A DNA stretch of 49,847 nt from Candidatus Methylomirabilota bacterium (lineage in GTDB: Bacteria; Methylomirabilota; Methylomirabilia; Rokubacteriales; CSP1-6), in assembly GCA_046726415.1 (NCBI GenBank), contig JBKPAK010000313.1:1-49847 (forward strand), given 5' to 3'. Shown here piece after piece: positions 25,260 to 35,051 of this stretch. The translations under genes were made by a program, and so were the position numbers. The notes under the pieces were generated by a model. The model had not been told where the DNA came from. It saw only the letters and a list, made by a program, of their open reading frames with translations, and ran no database searches. The first letter of the stretch is position 1, and the number at the start of each line of letters is the position of its first letter.

Positions 25260-26723
25260 GTAGACCACCATTTCCGGGCCGCCCGACACCTCGTTCCGTG
25301 GGAGCCGAACACGGTAGATCGGCTCGAGCGCCTCCCGCCGAGCGGTCATCTGGGGAAACCACGTGGGGAATACGATGACATAGTCGGGACAGCGCTCGGC
25401 CACGTACCGGATCACGCCCGACTCACCGTCCCGGCGGTACGGGATGATGTCCGGAGTCACCAACCCCATCAGGTCAATCACCGGGCGGCGGGAGAAATAC
25501 GCGATGGCGCCGATGTCGTTGAGGGCGAGGCGCGAGGTCGGTGGCACGTGGGACTGCACCCACTGGCCAAGGTGGACCTGCATGGCGTTGATGTTCTGAA
25601 CGCCCCACGCGTAGCGGTCGGCCGCCCGTCCAAGCGGCACCAGCGCCAGCACGAGCAGAGCGAGTGCGGCGACGCGACGCCACGGGAGCGCGCCCAGGGC
25701 CACGGCCAGGAGCAGAAAAGCCAGGGGCAAGAGCTGAGTCGAATAGCGCCCTTCCTGGAAAGCCGGATCTCGGTACGGCGCGAGCCAGGCCATGCCGAGC
25801 GGGTGGGCAGCGAGGGCCAGCGCCACCGCACCCAGTGAGCGCCCCTGGGTGCGCCACGCGTACCAGATCGCGGGACCCAGGGCGAACGGCAGGAGCCAGT
25901 TGACCATCGCCAGCCAGCTCAACCATGCCTGGACGAACTGCCAAGGGCGCTGGATCAACAGCTGGCTCCAGGGCTCTCGAACGCCGGACAGCCAGCCGAG
26001 GACACCGCCCTCGACCTTGGCGGCCGCGGCGGCGGGTACCGGAGAGCCGACGGTTGCCACGCTGAACCACACGGCAGGAGCGAGCACAATGGTCGTCACC
26101 ACCGCAAACGCGGCGAACCTCCTGGTATCGACCGGACGGGCGATCAGCAGGAACGGGACGAGCAGGAGCGACTCCGGACGCGCGAGCACGGCCAGCGCCG
26201 CGCAGAGAGCAGTCGAGGCGGTCCGATCGAACGCATGCGCGAGGAGCGCGGCGGCCACGAAAGTGGCGGCGAGCGAGACTTCCATTCCCGAGAGGGCGCC
26301 CCAGGCCACGGGGCCACTCCACGCCAGGGCCACCGCCGCACCGAGCGCGCTCACCGGCGGCGCCCCCCACGCCACCGCCGCACGACGCGTGAGCACCGCC
26401 GCGGCGATGGTCGCCACGACCCCCAGCCCCTTCGCCGCCCACACGGAGGGCCCGATGAGCGCGCTCGCTCCGGCTAGCAGGAGGGTCCAGGCCGGAGCCG
26501 TCGATCCCGCGACCCTCACCCCGGGGTTGTAGACGAAGCCGGCCCCCTCGGCGATGTTTCGCGCGAAGTGCAGGTGGATCCAGGAGTCGTCGAGGGGAAA
26601 GCCCGCGGCGCCGGCGATCTGGTGTTCGCGCAGGAGGAAGAGGGCAAGGGGAAGCCCGAGGCTCGCGGCGACCACGAGGTCGTCGCGCCGCGCCGCCGAC
26701 AGACCGAAGGAGGCCTCGCTCAC
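25236..26723 (-). CDS. Polytopic membrane protein, probable GT-C-type glycosyltransferase
   Basis: Acidic pair after TM1 (FPLDDSWIH), YNPG...GSTAPAW, SGMEV, ARPE, C-terminal soluble domain (DIGAIAYFS...IDLMGLV); GTGA overlap with upstream gene. Confidence 0.7.
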   Translation of the reverse strand: MSEASFGLSAARRDDLVVAASLGLPLALFLLREHQIAGAAGFPLDDSWIHLHFARNIAEGAGFVYNPGVRVAGSTAPAWTLLLAGASALIGPSVWAAKGLGVVATIAAAVLTRRAAVAWGAPPVSALGAAVALAWSGPVAWGALSGMEVSLAATFVAAALLAHAFDRTASTALCAALAVLARPESLLLVPFLLIARPVDTRRFAAFAVVTTIVLAPAVWFSVATVGSPVPAAAAAKVEGGVLGWLSGVREPWSQLLIQRPWQFVQAWLSWLAMVNWLLPFALGPAIWYAWRTQGRSLGAVALALAAHPLGMAWLAPYRDPAFQEGRYSTQLLPLAFLLLAVALGALPWRRVAALALLVLALVPLGRAADRYAWGVQNINAMQVHLGQWVQSHVPPTSRLALNDIGAIAYFSRRPVIDLMGLVTPDIIPYRRDGESGVIRYVAERCPDYVIVFPTWFPQMTARREALEPIYRVRLPRNEVSGGPEMVVYRVKRCAI

Positions 26724-28372
26724 CTCGGCCGGGGGGGATGCGAGGCGGAAGAGGGGCGTGACGGCTCCTCGCGCACGAGCGTATACCCGGCGTATTCGAT
26801 CGGCGTACGTCCGACGGTGAGCACGTAGAGGAAGCGGCCATGCGGGATCTCGATCTCTTCCAAGCCGTCGGGCCGATCGGTCAGCGGGCTCCAATGGTCG
26901 ACAAACCACACCAGGCGCTTGACGGTCGTCCCAAGCGCAACATCCCAGTCCGGCTCCGGTCGCATGGCGGCGGCTCGCCGGGGCGCGTAGTAACCCGGGG
27001 GAGCGTCGCCGACATGCAGTTCGTAGATCGGATACTCGGGAAGATAGAACATCGCGTGGCGCAGCCAGGGATAGCTCCGGGGATTTCCCAATTCGGTGAT
27101 GATGGCCGTCTCCTCGGGCGCGAACAGCCCACGGATGGAGGCGACAAACGTGCGCACGACGTCCTCGTGCTCGCGGAGTGCGGCGGCCGTCCGGCTGAAG
27201 ATCCAGTCGAAGGCTTCGTCGTGGGCGCGCCGGAGCCAGGCCGGTTTCGCGGTATCGAAATCGCGCACCAGGGGCCGGGCGCCGACAAAGAAGGTGCCGT
27301 TCACGAGCACCACCAACGCGACTACCGAGGCCACCAGGGCCGAGCGCAGGCGCGGATAGGGAGCCATGGCCGGGAGGTCGGAGAGGGCGCGCAATAAGAC
27401 GTGAGCGAGCAGGATCACGAGCGCGGGCAAGAACGTCAGCGCGTAGCCAGCCTGGCCAAAGTGCACGAGCGTGTAGACGAGGACGGGCGGCACGGTCCAG
27501 CCGAGGAGAAACCACTCCCGTCTCCCCCACCCCCAGCGCCGGATGTACCACGGAAGGAGCATCGCCACGAGAGCCAGAGGCCCGAGGGCGACCAGTAACG
27601 ACTCGAGCAGATAGCGCGACATGCGGATCGTTGCGTCGAACGGACCCCCCACGATGGATGTGGGCTTGACTACCGTGTCGGCCAGATACTGCGAGGCCTC
27701 CAGGTAGCGCTCCAATCCGCCGGTGATCCAGACCATTGGCACGAACCAGGCCAGCACCGCGACGGCGAGAATGGCGATGCCGACGAGGACGGTACGCGGA
27801 CGGCGGGTGCCCACCACCGTTGCGCCCAACCACAGGGGGAAGAGAAGCACGAGGACCGACTGGCGCATCCCCCCGGCCAGGCCCAGATAGCCCGCCGCCA
27901 ACCACGCGTCGGGGTCGCTTCCCTGGAGCGCGCGAAAGGCGAAGTAGGCGACCACGGAGGCGAGCAACGCTTCACCTGCGTAGGTCAGCCCGATCGCCCC
28001 GTAGAACCACGAGAGGGGGCTGACGGCGAGGAGGGTCGCCGCCGCTACGGCCGTCGGCCGATCGTACACGGCGCGCGCCAGATAGTAGACGACAAAGGTG
28101 GTCAGTCCGCTGAAGGCGACCGCCAGCACAACATAGGAGGCCGTCGGATCGTCCAGCCAGGCGTTCACCAGGCGCCCCAACGCGACGTAGAGAATGTATC
28201 CCGGCGGGTGCGGCTGGTGCTTGCTGATGTCGTATTCGCTGAGGGCCAGCGCGAATTGGACAGCGTCCCAGTTGTACGGGATGCGGGCGCGGTAGGGTAG
28301 GCGGGAGAGAACCGTCAGAAGCGTGAGGGCCGACGCGCAGGCAAAATCGGCGCGATCAGCCCGGGACTCCAA
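26720..28372 (-). CDS. Polytopic membrane protein, probable GT-C/DUF2723-like glycosyltransferase
   Basis: NWDAVQFAL and QPHPPGYILY after TM1; multiple TM segments; TTG start uncertain. Confidence 0.65.
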   Translation of the reverse strand: MESRADRADFACASALTLLTVLSRLPYRARIPYNWDAVQFALALSEYDISKHQPHPPGYILYVALGRLVNAWLDDPTASYVVLAVAFSGLTTFVVYYLARAVYDRPTAVAAATLLAVSPLSWFYGAIGLTYAGEALLASVVAYFAFRALQGSDPDAWLAAGYLGLAGGMRQSVLVLLFPLWLGATVVGTRRPRTVLVGIAILAVAVLAWFVPMVWITGGLERYLEASQYLADTVVKPTSIVGGPFDATIRMSRYLLESLLVALGPLALVAMLLPWYIRRWGWGRREWFLLGWTVPPVLVYTLVHFGQAGYALTFLPALVILLAHVLLRALSDLPAMAPYPRLRSALVASVVALVVLVNGTFFVGARPLVRDFDTAKPAWLRRAHDEAFDWIFSRTAAALREHEDVVRTFVASIRGLFAPEETAIITELGNPRSYPWLRHAMFYLPEYPIYELHVGDAPPGYYAPRRAAAMRPEPDWDVALGTTVKRLVWFVDHWSPLTDRPDGLEEIEIPHGRFLYVLTVGRTPIEYAGYTLVREEPSRPSSASHPPRPR

Positions 28373-28384
28373 GGGGGCCGACGG

Positions 28385-28576
28385 TTAGACCTTCTTCTCC
28401 TCTTCCTTCTTGGCGGCCGCCGCGGTGTCCGGCTTCTCGGCCTCATTGACGCCCTTCTTGAACTCCTTGACGCTCGAACCCAGCGATTTTGCCAGCTCCG
28501 GCAGCCGGTTGGCACCGAAGAGAATCAGCACGATCACCAGGATGATCAACAGTTCCTGATAGCCCAAGCCAAACAT
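28385..28576 (-). CDS. tatA: Twin-arginine translocase TatA/TatE
   Basis: [44 protein letters not shown]. Confidence 0.95.
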   Translation of the reverse strand: MFGLGYQELLIILVIVLILFGANRLPELAKSLGSSVKEFKKGVNEAEKPDTAAAAKKEEEKKV

Positions 28577-28612
28577 GGAGAACTCCTTTCGCCGCTCAAC
28601 GTTAGCGCGACC

Positions 28613-30520
28613 CTAGGTCCCGCGCAATACCCGTCGCTCTCCAACCCGGGCGGTAACCCGGCGCCCGTCGAAGTACTCGAGCAGCGGAATGGCGTACTTG
28701 CGCGAGATACCCAGCAGGTCCTTGATATCCGCGGGCCCGATCTCCTTGCGCGCCTTGAGCAACGCGACCAGCTTTTCCTGGATGGCCTCGAGCGCTGACG
28801 CGTGGAAGAACAGCGACTCCTTCACCCGCACCAGACGCCGGCCCTCCACCAGGAGCTGGAAGAGCTCGTGCTCTTCCCCGCCCTGGAGACCGGCCCGTGT
28901 GAGGGCCTCCTCGGTGCTTGGCGGCGCCGCCGCCGCACTCAGGAAGCTGTGCTCGATCCGCTCGAGCGCTCGCTGCTGCTCGTCGGACAGCCGAATCTCG
29001 TGAGTGGCCAAACGCACTTTGTCTCGATCGACGCCGAGGACCCCCTCGGCCTGGAGAGTAGCGACGAGGTAAGCGAAGACTTTTTCGCCGGCGGCCCCGA
29101 CGCGCCCGCGCAATTCCTCGCGCGACATCCCGGGGCGCAAGGGGTTCGCGCGGTGAAACTGCTCGAGGGTCGCCGTCGCGAGAGCGCGGAGCCGGGTATG
29201 GCTGTCCGGATGCAGGTACCAGTCGCGATCGATGGGCAGAAGCCGCCCGGCGTGCTGCAGGCTATCGAGCACGGCGTGAAGCCGCAGCGGCCCCATGCCA
29301 ACCCGCCCGGACAGCGACGCGGTCCTCGCGCCGGCCACCCCCGCCTGGCGCACATGTTCCTCCACGATGGCCTCGTCACTCCCCGTCTCCAGAAGCGCGA
29401 GGTGAGCCACCAGGGCTGGAGCCTTGCGGCGAACGCGGGGCGGGTCGATGTCGAGGAGCGTTCCTCCCCCGATGGTGACGATGGGAGAGTAGGACCGGAT
29501 CACGAAACGGTCGCGCGGCATGCACACCACGGGGGCCTCGAGGCGGACGCGAGCGAAGGCGGTCGCGCCCGAAACCAGTTCCGGCCGGTCCAACAGGAGA
29601 ACTCGTGCCATCACCTCGGCCGTCCCGGTGTGGAAGCGAACCCGATCGCGCGACTTGATGGGACGGGGCGCGTCGGCCAGAAGCTCCAACGTGCCGTCGA
29701 CCAAGCTGGAGGTCACCAGCGAACCGGCGAGGCCCAGCACATCTCCGCGGTCGATGGCGGCTCGCTCGAGAGACTGAAGGTTCACCGCCGTCCGCTGCCC
29801 GGCCACCGCCCGCTCGACCGCCCGGCCGTGAACTTGAAGCCCGCGAACCTTCGCTTGCGCGCCCGTGGGGAAGACTTCGACTCGGTCATCGACGGCGATC
29901 TGTCCAGCCGTCAAGGTGCCCGTCACCACGGTGCCGAAGCCCTTGATCGTGAACACGCGATCGATGGGCAGGCGGGGAAGCTCGTCAGTGCGGCGGTCGG
30001 GCACGGCCGCGGCCAACGTGCTGAGAGTCGCCCGCAGCTCCGCGAGCCCCTGACCCGTCTTGGACGAGACGGGCAGGACGGGAGCGCCGTCCAGAAACGT
30101 TCCCCGGACGAGCCGGTTCACATCGTCGGTCACCAGCTCCAGCCAGTCGGCTTCGACCATGTCGACCTTCGTCAGCGCCACCACACCCGAGCGGATATGG
30201 AGGAGAGAGCAAATGGCCAGGTGCTCACGCGTCTGTGGCATGACCCCCTCGTCCGCGGCGATAACCAGCAAGGCGAGGTCGATACCACCCACCCCGGCCA
30301 GCATGTTCCTGACGAAGCGCTCGTGTCCGGGGACGTCGACGATTTCGATCGTGAGCCCGTGGGGCTCCTCGAGAAAGGCAAAACCGAGGTCGATGGTGAT
30401 GCCGCGCGCCTTCTCCTCTGGGAGCCGGTCGGTGTCGATCCCCGTGAGCGCCTTCACCAGCGAGGTCTTGCCGTGGTCGATGTGGCCCGCGGTGCCGACG
30501 ACGACGTGGCGGGCCGCCAT
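28613..30520 (-). CDS. selB: Selenocysteine-specific elongation factor SelB
   Basis: [35 protein letters not shown]-terminal winged helices ending [16 protein letters not shown]. Confidence 0.97.
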   Translation of the reverse strand: MAARHVVVGTAGHIDHGKTSLVKALTGIDTDRLPEEKARGITIDLGFAFLEEPHGLTIEIVDVPGHERFVRNMLAGVGGIDLALLVIAADEGVMPQTREHLAICSLLHIRSGVVALTKVDMVEADWLELVTDDVNRLVRGTFLDGAPVLPVSSKTGQGLAELRATLSTLAAAVPDRRTDELPRLPIDRVFTIKGFGTVVTGTLTAGQIAVDDRVEVFPTGAQAKVRGLQVHGRAVERAVAGQRTAVNLQSLERAAIDRGDVLGLAGSLVTSSLVDGTLELLADAPRPIKSRDRVRFHTGTAEVMARVLLLDRPELVSGATAFARVRLEAPVVCMPRDRFVIRSYSPIVTIGGGTLLDIDPPRVRRKAPALVAHLALLETGSDEAIVEEHVRQAGVAGARTASLSGRVGMGPLRLHAVLDSLQHAGRLLPIDRDWYLHPDSHTRLRALATATLEQFHRANPLRPGMSREELRGRVGAAGEKVFAYLVATLQAEGVLGVDRDKVRLATHEIRLSDEQQRALERIEHSFLSAAAAPPSTEEALTRAGLQGGEEHELFQLLVEGRRLVRVKESLFFHASALEAIQEKLVALLKARKEIGPADIKDLLGISRKYAIPLLEYFDGRRVTARVGERRVLRGT

Positions 30521-31914
30521 CAGTGCGTGGCCGCTCGCGCGATCGCGATGCTCAGACGAGCGACGTCGGACGACAAGACCGTCCGGCAGTCGAGAAGCAG
30601 CCGGTCGTCGACGACCCGGCCGATGACCGGCGGATCACCCGCTCGGAGAGCCGCGTCGAGCGCTCGCGTCTGGACCGCGTCGGCACCGAGCGCCACCGCA
30701 ATGGTCGGGAGCTCGACGGTGGGCAGGGCGCCCCCACCCACCTGAGACGCCGCCTCGACGAGGCCGGCGTTGAAGCGCCGACGCAGATCTGGAGCGAGGC
30801 GCGCGAGCAGGCGGCGGGCTCGGGCACGGATGCCCCCGAGCGGCTCGGTCAGCAATCCCAGGGTCGGAATGGTGCGCAGGGCGTCTCCCGCCTCGTAGGC
30901 GGTCAGGGTGGCCTCCAGCGCGGCGACCGTGAGCTTGTCGATGCGGAGCGCACGATTGAGGGGATTCTTCTTGAGTCGCCCGACCAGTTCGCGCCGCCCG
31001 ACCACCAGCCCGGCCTGGGGTCCGCCCAACAGCTTGTCTCCCGAGAACGAGACGACGTCGATACCGGCGGCCACGACTTCCTGCACGGTCGGCTCGTACG
31101 GGAACCCATGGCGCCGGAGATCGAGGAGGGAACCCGAGCCGAGATCCTCCATGACGGGGATCCCGCGCTCGCGGCCAAGCTGCGCCAGCTCACGGGAAGA
31201 AACTTCGGCGGTGAACCCCACCACGCGGTAGTTGGAGGTATGGACCTTGAGCAGAAGCGCGGTGTCGGGGCCGATGGCCTCGGCGTAGTCGCGCGGATGG
31301 GTCCGGTTGGTGGTCCCGACCTCGCGCAGGCGCGCGCCGCTGCGCTGCATGATGTCCGGAATTCGGAACTCGCCTCCGATCTCGATCAGCTCGCCTCGCG
31401 ACACCACGACTTCGCGGCCCCGGGCCAGGGACTCCAGGGCCAAGAGTACGGCCGCCGCGTTGTTATTCACGACCAGCGCGTCCTCGGCGCCGGTCAACCG
31501 ACGTAGGAGGCCGTCCACATGAGCGTAGCGCGACCCGCGCTCCTTGGTGTCGAGATCCAGCTCGAGATTGCTGTAGGCGGAGGCGACCGCTCCGACCCGC
31601 GCCAGCGCAGCCCCGCTCAGGAGGGCGCGGCCCAGATTGGTGTGGAGGATGACGCCGGTCGCGTTGATGACCGGCCGCAGCGAGAACCCGTCGCCCCGGA
31701 CGATTGCACACACTCGATCGGCGAGCGCCTCCGCGTCGAGCGGAGGTCCACCGTCGATCCGGACCCGCTGACGTTCGCGCTCGAGGACCTCACGGGCCGT
31801 GGTGGTGATTCGTGGACGGGACAGGCTTCGAACTTCGACTCGGCCGGCGAGACGCCGCACCAGCTGATCGACCGAGGGCAGACGGCGCAGGGCGGCGGCA
31901 ACGTCAGCGCTCAT
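30520..31914 (-). CDS. selA: L-seryl-tRNA(Sec) selenium transferase SelA
   Basis: [59 protein letters not shown] (PLP lysine); start trimmed to ATG at 31914. Confidence 0.97.
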   Translation of the reverse strand: MSADVAAALRRLPSVDQLVRRLAGRVEVRSLSRPRITTTAREVLERERQRVRIDGGPPLDAEALADRVCAIVRGDGFSLRPVINATGVILHTNLGRALLSGAALARVGAVASAYSNLELDLDTKERGSRYAHVDGLLRRLTGAEDALVVNNNAAAVLLALESLARGREVVVSRGELIEIGGEFRIPDIMQRSGARLREVGTTNRTHPRDYAEAIGPDTALLLKVHTSNYRVVGFTAEVSSRELAQLGRERGIPVMEDLGSGSLLDLRRHGFPYEPTVQEVVAAGIDVVSFSGDKLLGGPQAGLVVGRRELVGRLKKNPLNRALRIDKLTVAALEATLTAYEAGDALRTIPTLGLLTEPLGGIRARARRLLARLAPDLRRRFNAGLVEAASQVGGGALPTVELPTIAVALGADAVQTRALDAALRAGDPPVIGRVVDDRLLLDCRTVLSSDVARLSIAIARAATH

Positions 31915-32191
31915 TGAGCGAAGCCTCGACCTTCTGGCGCACCCGCGCCACCACTTCCTGGGCCTCGGTGCGCCAGGCCTGGGCCGTCCACTTCCGGATC
32001 TTCTCGCTCCCGCCGCCCCATCGCACGACATCCTCAGCCAGGCCCGCCCAGAATTCCTCCAGATCAGCGGGCGAGAGCTGCTGGCCGCGCAGAGCATGCG
32101 CCCACTCCTGAGCCATGGCCTCGATGAGGCGGTCGCGCTCGGCGGCGAGCCGTCGGGCCTTGCGGATCAATTCGGCCAGCTTGGCGGCCAC
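31904..32191 (-). CDS. Hypothetical helical protein, 95 aa
   Basis: Fills the gap between the lipoprotein gene and selA; GGAG before GTG; overlaps selA start by 11 nt; protein-like composition. Confidence 0.7.
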   Translation of the reverse strand: MAAKLAELIRKARRLAAERDRLIEAMAQEWAHALRGQQLSPADLEEFWAGLAEDVVRWGGGSEKIRKWTAQAWRTEAQEVVARVRQKVEASLNER

Positions 32192-32194
32192 CGA

Positions 32195-32653
32195 TTACTC
32201 CTTCACCAGTTCCTGAATGGCGTCGACGAGGTTGGCCTCGAAGCGCAGGGTGGACACGCACTGAAACGACCCCCGGCGGTGGCCGAACGTGCGCATCTTC
32301 GAATTGATCTGGATGCGGGTGCCCTCCACGTTCGGCACCGCGAACAGCGTGTAGGAGACCAGCGCCTCCCCCTCCATCCGGTCGCCCCCGAGCGAGCCGC
32401 AATCGGCGTAGACGCCGATCGGGGTGACGAACTCGTCGGAGGCAATGACCCCCGAGTCACGCGCGATCGCACGCAGGGGAATGTTCTGTCGCGCGAGGGC
32501 CTTCACGACGGCGCTCCACGTCGCCGGGTACGGAGCGCCCACTTCCGTCCGATAGGGAGGCGGCGTCAGGGGCGACACGTGCTTACCGGTGCAGCCGGCG
32601 AGGGCGAGGATGCCGACCGCCGTCGCCACGCTACGAGCGATGATCGATACCAC
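32195..32653 (-). CDS. Hypothetical lipoprotein
   Basis: Lipobox LAGC after a hydrophobic stretch; two further Cys (YADCG, FQCVS); start uncertain. Confidence 0.72.
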   Translation of the reverse strand: MVSIIARSVATAVGILALAGCTGKHVSPLTPPPYRTEVGAPYPATWSAVVKALARQNIPLRAIARDSGVIASDEFVTPIGVYADCGSLGGDRMEGEALVSYTLFAVPNVEGTRIQINSKMRTFGHRRGSFQCVSTLRFEANLVDAIQELVKE

Positions 32654-32817
32654 GATACGCCTCGATGAGGCGGGTGAAGCGCTTCTCGTCGACGTCGTCG
32701 AGCGCGGCGATGGCCGTCCACGCCGTCAGGGCTCCCCGGCCCGCGATCTGCAGCCGGCGCCGTCGCTGGCCCGCCCGGAAAACCGCATCGTGGTTTGTCG
32801 TCATCCCCCGTGCCCGC

Positions 32818-32915
32818 TGGCGGAAGCGTGTGGGAGTCGAACCCACCTCCGACTTGTCTAGAGCCGGACACCGGATTTGAAGTCCGGGAGGCCCACCGGG
32901 TTCCTTGACGCTTCC
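32818..32915 (-). tRNA. selC: tRNA-Sec (anticodon UCA)
   Basis: 8-bp acceptor GGAAGCGT/ACGCTTCC, anticodon arm CCGGA-CTTCAAA-TCCGG, long variable arm, GGTTCGACTCC T-arm, GCCA end; next to selAB. Confidence 0.97.
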
Positions 32916-32927
32916 AGCGGCGATCCG

Positions 32928-32936
32928 AGTGTACCA
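32928..32936 (-). promoter_or_regulatory. Extended -10 promoter of selC
   Basis: TG-g-TACACT ending 12 nt upstream of the tRNA 5' end. Confidence 0.5.
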
Positions 32937-32976
32937 CCCTGACGAAAGCAGTCCCGGCGCGGGAGAGAGGGTCGGA

Positions 32977-33213
32977 TCACCCTCCCGCCAGCGGCGGGAA
33001 CAGCGTCACCACGTCGTCACCCTGCAGGGAGTGGCTCGTCTCGACCTCGTGGCCGTTGACCAGCGCGACGAGTGGCATGTCGTCAGGGATGCCGAGTGCG
33101 TGCACCAAGTCGATGATGGTAACGCCGTCCGGTACGTCGAGGATGGCTCCCGCACGCGTTCCCGGCGGGAGGAAGGCCGCCAGTGTGGCGAAGGCTCTGA
33201 CTTCGAGCCTCAC
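32977..33213 (-). CDS. MoaD/ThiS-family ubiquitin-like sulfur carrier
   Basis: 78 aa, beta-grasp pattern (VRAFATL...VNG...DVVTLFPPLAGG), C-terminal GG; GTGA overlap with the upstream gene. Confidence 0.9.
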   Translation of the reverse strand: MRLEVRAFATLAAFLPPGTRAGAILDVPDGVTIIDLVHALGIPDDMPLVALVNGHEVETSHSLQGDDVVTLFPPLAGG

Positions 33214-34853
33214 CGACCTCCAGGCGTGTGGCCGATGCGCAGGCGATCACCGGGGCGGATCGGATCCTGCCGCGCCAGATCGTTCCAGCGCAACACGTCG
33301 CCGACCGAGACGCCATACCGTCTGGCGATCGAATGCACGGTGTCGCGCGGTCGAACGACGTGGATGGCTTGAGCATCACTTGATGCTCTGCCCACCCCGG
33401 AACCCGACGAGGACGTCGTCACGCGCCGGGGCCGCTCCAGCGCCGCCAGCACGTGCGATCTCGTTCCCGGAGGCACGTTCAATTCGAACGCTCCGCCCGG
33501 GGGTGTGACGCCCTGGACCAAGACCGGGTTCAAGGACCGAAGGGCGTCGACGGAGATGCCCGCGGAGCTTGACAACCACTGGAGATCTGTCGAGCCCGGG
33601 ACGGTGATGCGTTCGACGGGAGCTGGACTCGGCAGGATGGGCTCGAATCCGAACCGATCGGGGTCGCGTCCGATCTGCGTTGCTGCGAGGATCTGAGGCA
33701 CGAACTCCTTGGTCTCCCGGCGCAGAAACCCCGTCCGGGCGAGAGCCCAAAAGTCGCTCGACCCCGTGGCCCGGATGGCGCGCGCGACGGTGGCCTCGCC
33801 GGCGTTGTACGCCGCCTGGGCCAGGAACCACGAGCCAAAGAGGTTGTAGAGATCGCGCAAATAGGCCGCGGCCGCTGCGGTCGACTTCTCCGGATCGAGC
33901 CGCTCATCGACCCATTGATCGACGCGCAGACCGTAGCGCTTGGCCGTCGCCGCCATGAACTGCCACAGGCCCCTGGCACCGGCATGGGAGGTAGCAACCG
34001 GGTTGAATCCACTCTCGATCATGGCCGTGAAGGCGAGATCCTCAGGCAATCCGTGCTTCTTCAGCGTGTCGCGGATCATCGAGATGAACCGCCCCGATCG
34101 GCCGAGCCAGGTATTGATCACCTCGCGCCGCTCGCGAGTAAACCGATCGATGAAAAAGCCGACCTGTGAGTTCGTGACGATCGGATAGTTGGCGGTACCG
34201 GCCCGTACCGTCCCGGCGACGACGGCCGCCGGGGGCGCCGTGAGGGCCCCTTCGAAGCTCGGCAGGCCGATCACCGCTGATTCGACAAGGGTCTCGAAAC
34301 TCGGAACGGGCTCCTCGCGGTGACCGGACGTGAGCGCGGAAGGCCAGACCTGCTCGATCGGTTGCCCATCAGCAGAGCCAACCCGGTCGGTCGGTTGCCC
34401 ATCGGCAGAGCCAACCCGGTCGGTCGGTTGCCCATCGGCAGAGCCAACCCGGTCGGTCGGTTGCCCATCGGCGGACCCAGCCCGCTCGCTCGGTTGCCCC
34501 GCGTCAGACCCAGCCCGCTCGCTCGATCGCCCGTCGGCAGACCCAACCCGCTCGATTGGTTGCTCAGCGGCAGATCCAACCCGCTCGATTGGTTGCTCAG
34601 CGGCAGATCCAACCCGCTCGATTGGTTGCTCAGCGGAACCGGTGTCGCGAGCAGGAGGTTGTGCCAGCAAGGTAGCTTGACCACACATATTGCTGTGAAC
34701 GGAGGTTGGTGCGAGCGCCCAGGATTCTGGCTTCTGGAGGCCAGAGAGACCCGGGCTAGCAACACCGTGTGGTACTGCACCCGGCGTCAAAATAGCCCAG
34801 AAACCGACGGCTAGGGTCGTGAAACCGGCTCGAATCGCGATAGAGGAAGGCAA
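33210..34853 (-). CDS. Lytic transglycosylase with LysM domain(s), MltD-like
   Basis: SLT motifs IESGF, GLWQFM, AAYNAGE, ETKEFVP; C-terminal LysM (HVVRPRDTVHSIARRYGV). Start uncertain; TTG at 34853 chosen because it lies downstream of the promoter motif. Confidence 0.88.
   Translation of the reverse strand: MPSSIAIRAGFTTLAVGFWAILTPGAVPHGVASPGLSGLQKPESWALAPTSVHSNMCGQATLLAQPPARDTGSAEQPIERVGSAAEQPIERVGSAAEQPIERVGSADGRSSERAGSDAGQPSERAGSADGQPTDRVGSADGQPTDRVGSADGQPTDRVGSADGQPIEQVWPSALTSGHREEPVPSFETLVESAVIGLPSFEGALTAPPAAVVAGTVRAGTANYPIVTNSQVGFFIDRFTRERREVINTWLGRSGRFISMIRDTLKKHGLPEDLAFTAMIESGFNPVATSHAGARGLWQFMAATAKRYGLRVDQWVDERLDPEKSTAAAAAYLRDLYNLFGSWFLAQAAYNAGEATVARAIRATGSSDFWALARTGFLRRETKEFVPQILAATQIGRDPDRFGFEPILPSPAPVERITVPGSTDLQWLSSSAGISVDALRSLNPVLVQGVTPPGGAFELNVPPGTRSHVLAALERPRRVTTSSSGSGVGRASSDAQAIHVVRPRDTVHSIARRYGVSVGDVLRWNDLARQDPIRPGDRLRIGHTPGGR
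34347..34640 (-). repeat. In-frame 33-bp tandem repeat x9 in the MltD-like N-terminus
   Basis: Encodes GSAEQPIERV, GSAAEQPIERV x2, two diverged units, GSADGQPTDRV x3, GSADGQPIEQV. Confidence 0.95.
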
Positions 34854-34862
34854 CGCGCCTCT

Positions 34863-34926
34863 TGAATAGCACACTGGCTCCGCGGCGGTCAATATTCTTG
34901 ACAGCCCCAGAGGGGTCACCTAAATT
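34863..34926. promoter_or_regulatory. Back-to-back divergent sigma70-type promoters
   Basis: + strand TTGACA (34898-34903), 17 nt, TAAATT (34921-34926); - strand TTGACC (34892-34887), 18 nt, TATTCA (34868-34863) with TG extension. Confidence 0.6.
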
Positions 34927-35051
34927 GTGATGATATTTTCCCCCATCTTCTCAATAACTTAGGAACGGAGGGAGGGATCTCTGGACTAGCCTGGGCAGGC
35001 AGCGGGACGTAGTCGCGAAGACTAACGAGATGCTCAAAGGAGACGGAAAAC

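Noticed and set aside
25236..27905. 889-aa ORF
   Set aside because: The N-terminal part is an off-frame overlap of the upstream membrane-protein gene; a GTGA-coupled start at 26723 fits better.
32631..32915. selC as an integration site for an island
   Set aside because: No integrase and no duplicated tRNA 3' end were seen; flanking genes are sel and housekeeping genes.
32938..32979. Sec readthrough of the MoaD-like GG-TGA (hairpin TCCCG-cgc-CGGGA follows)
   Set aside because: A free C-terminal GG is the functional end of this family, and readthrough would run through the tRNA-Sec gene.
34930..35051. Riboswitch (c-di-GMP or c-di-AMP) in the ~120-nt leader of the secreted protein gene
   Set aside because: Only a short TAGTC/GACTA hairpin is visible; I could not match the conserved motifs. 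An Rfam scan would settle it.
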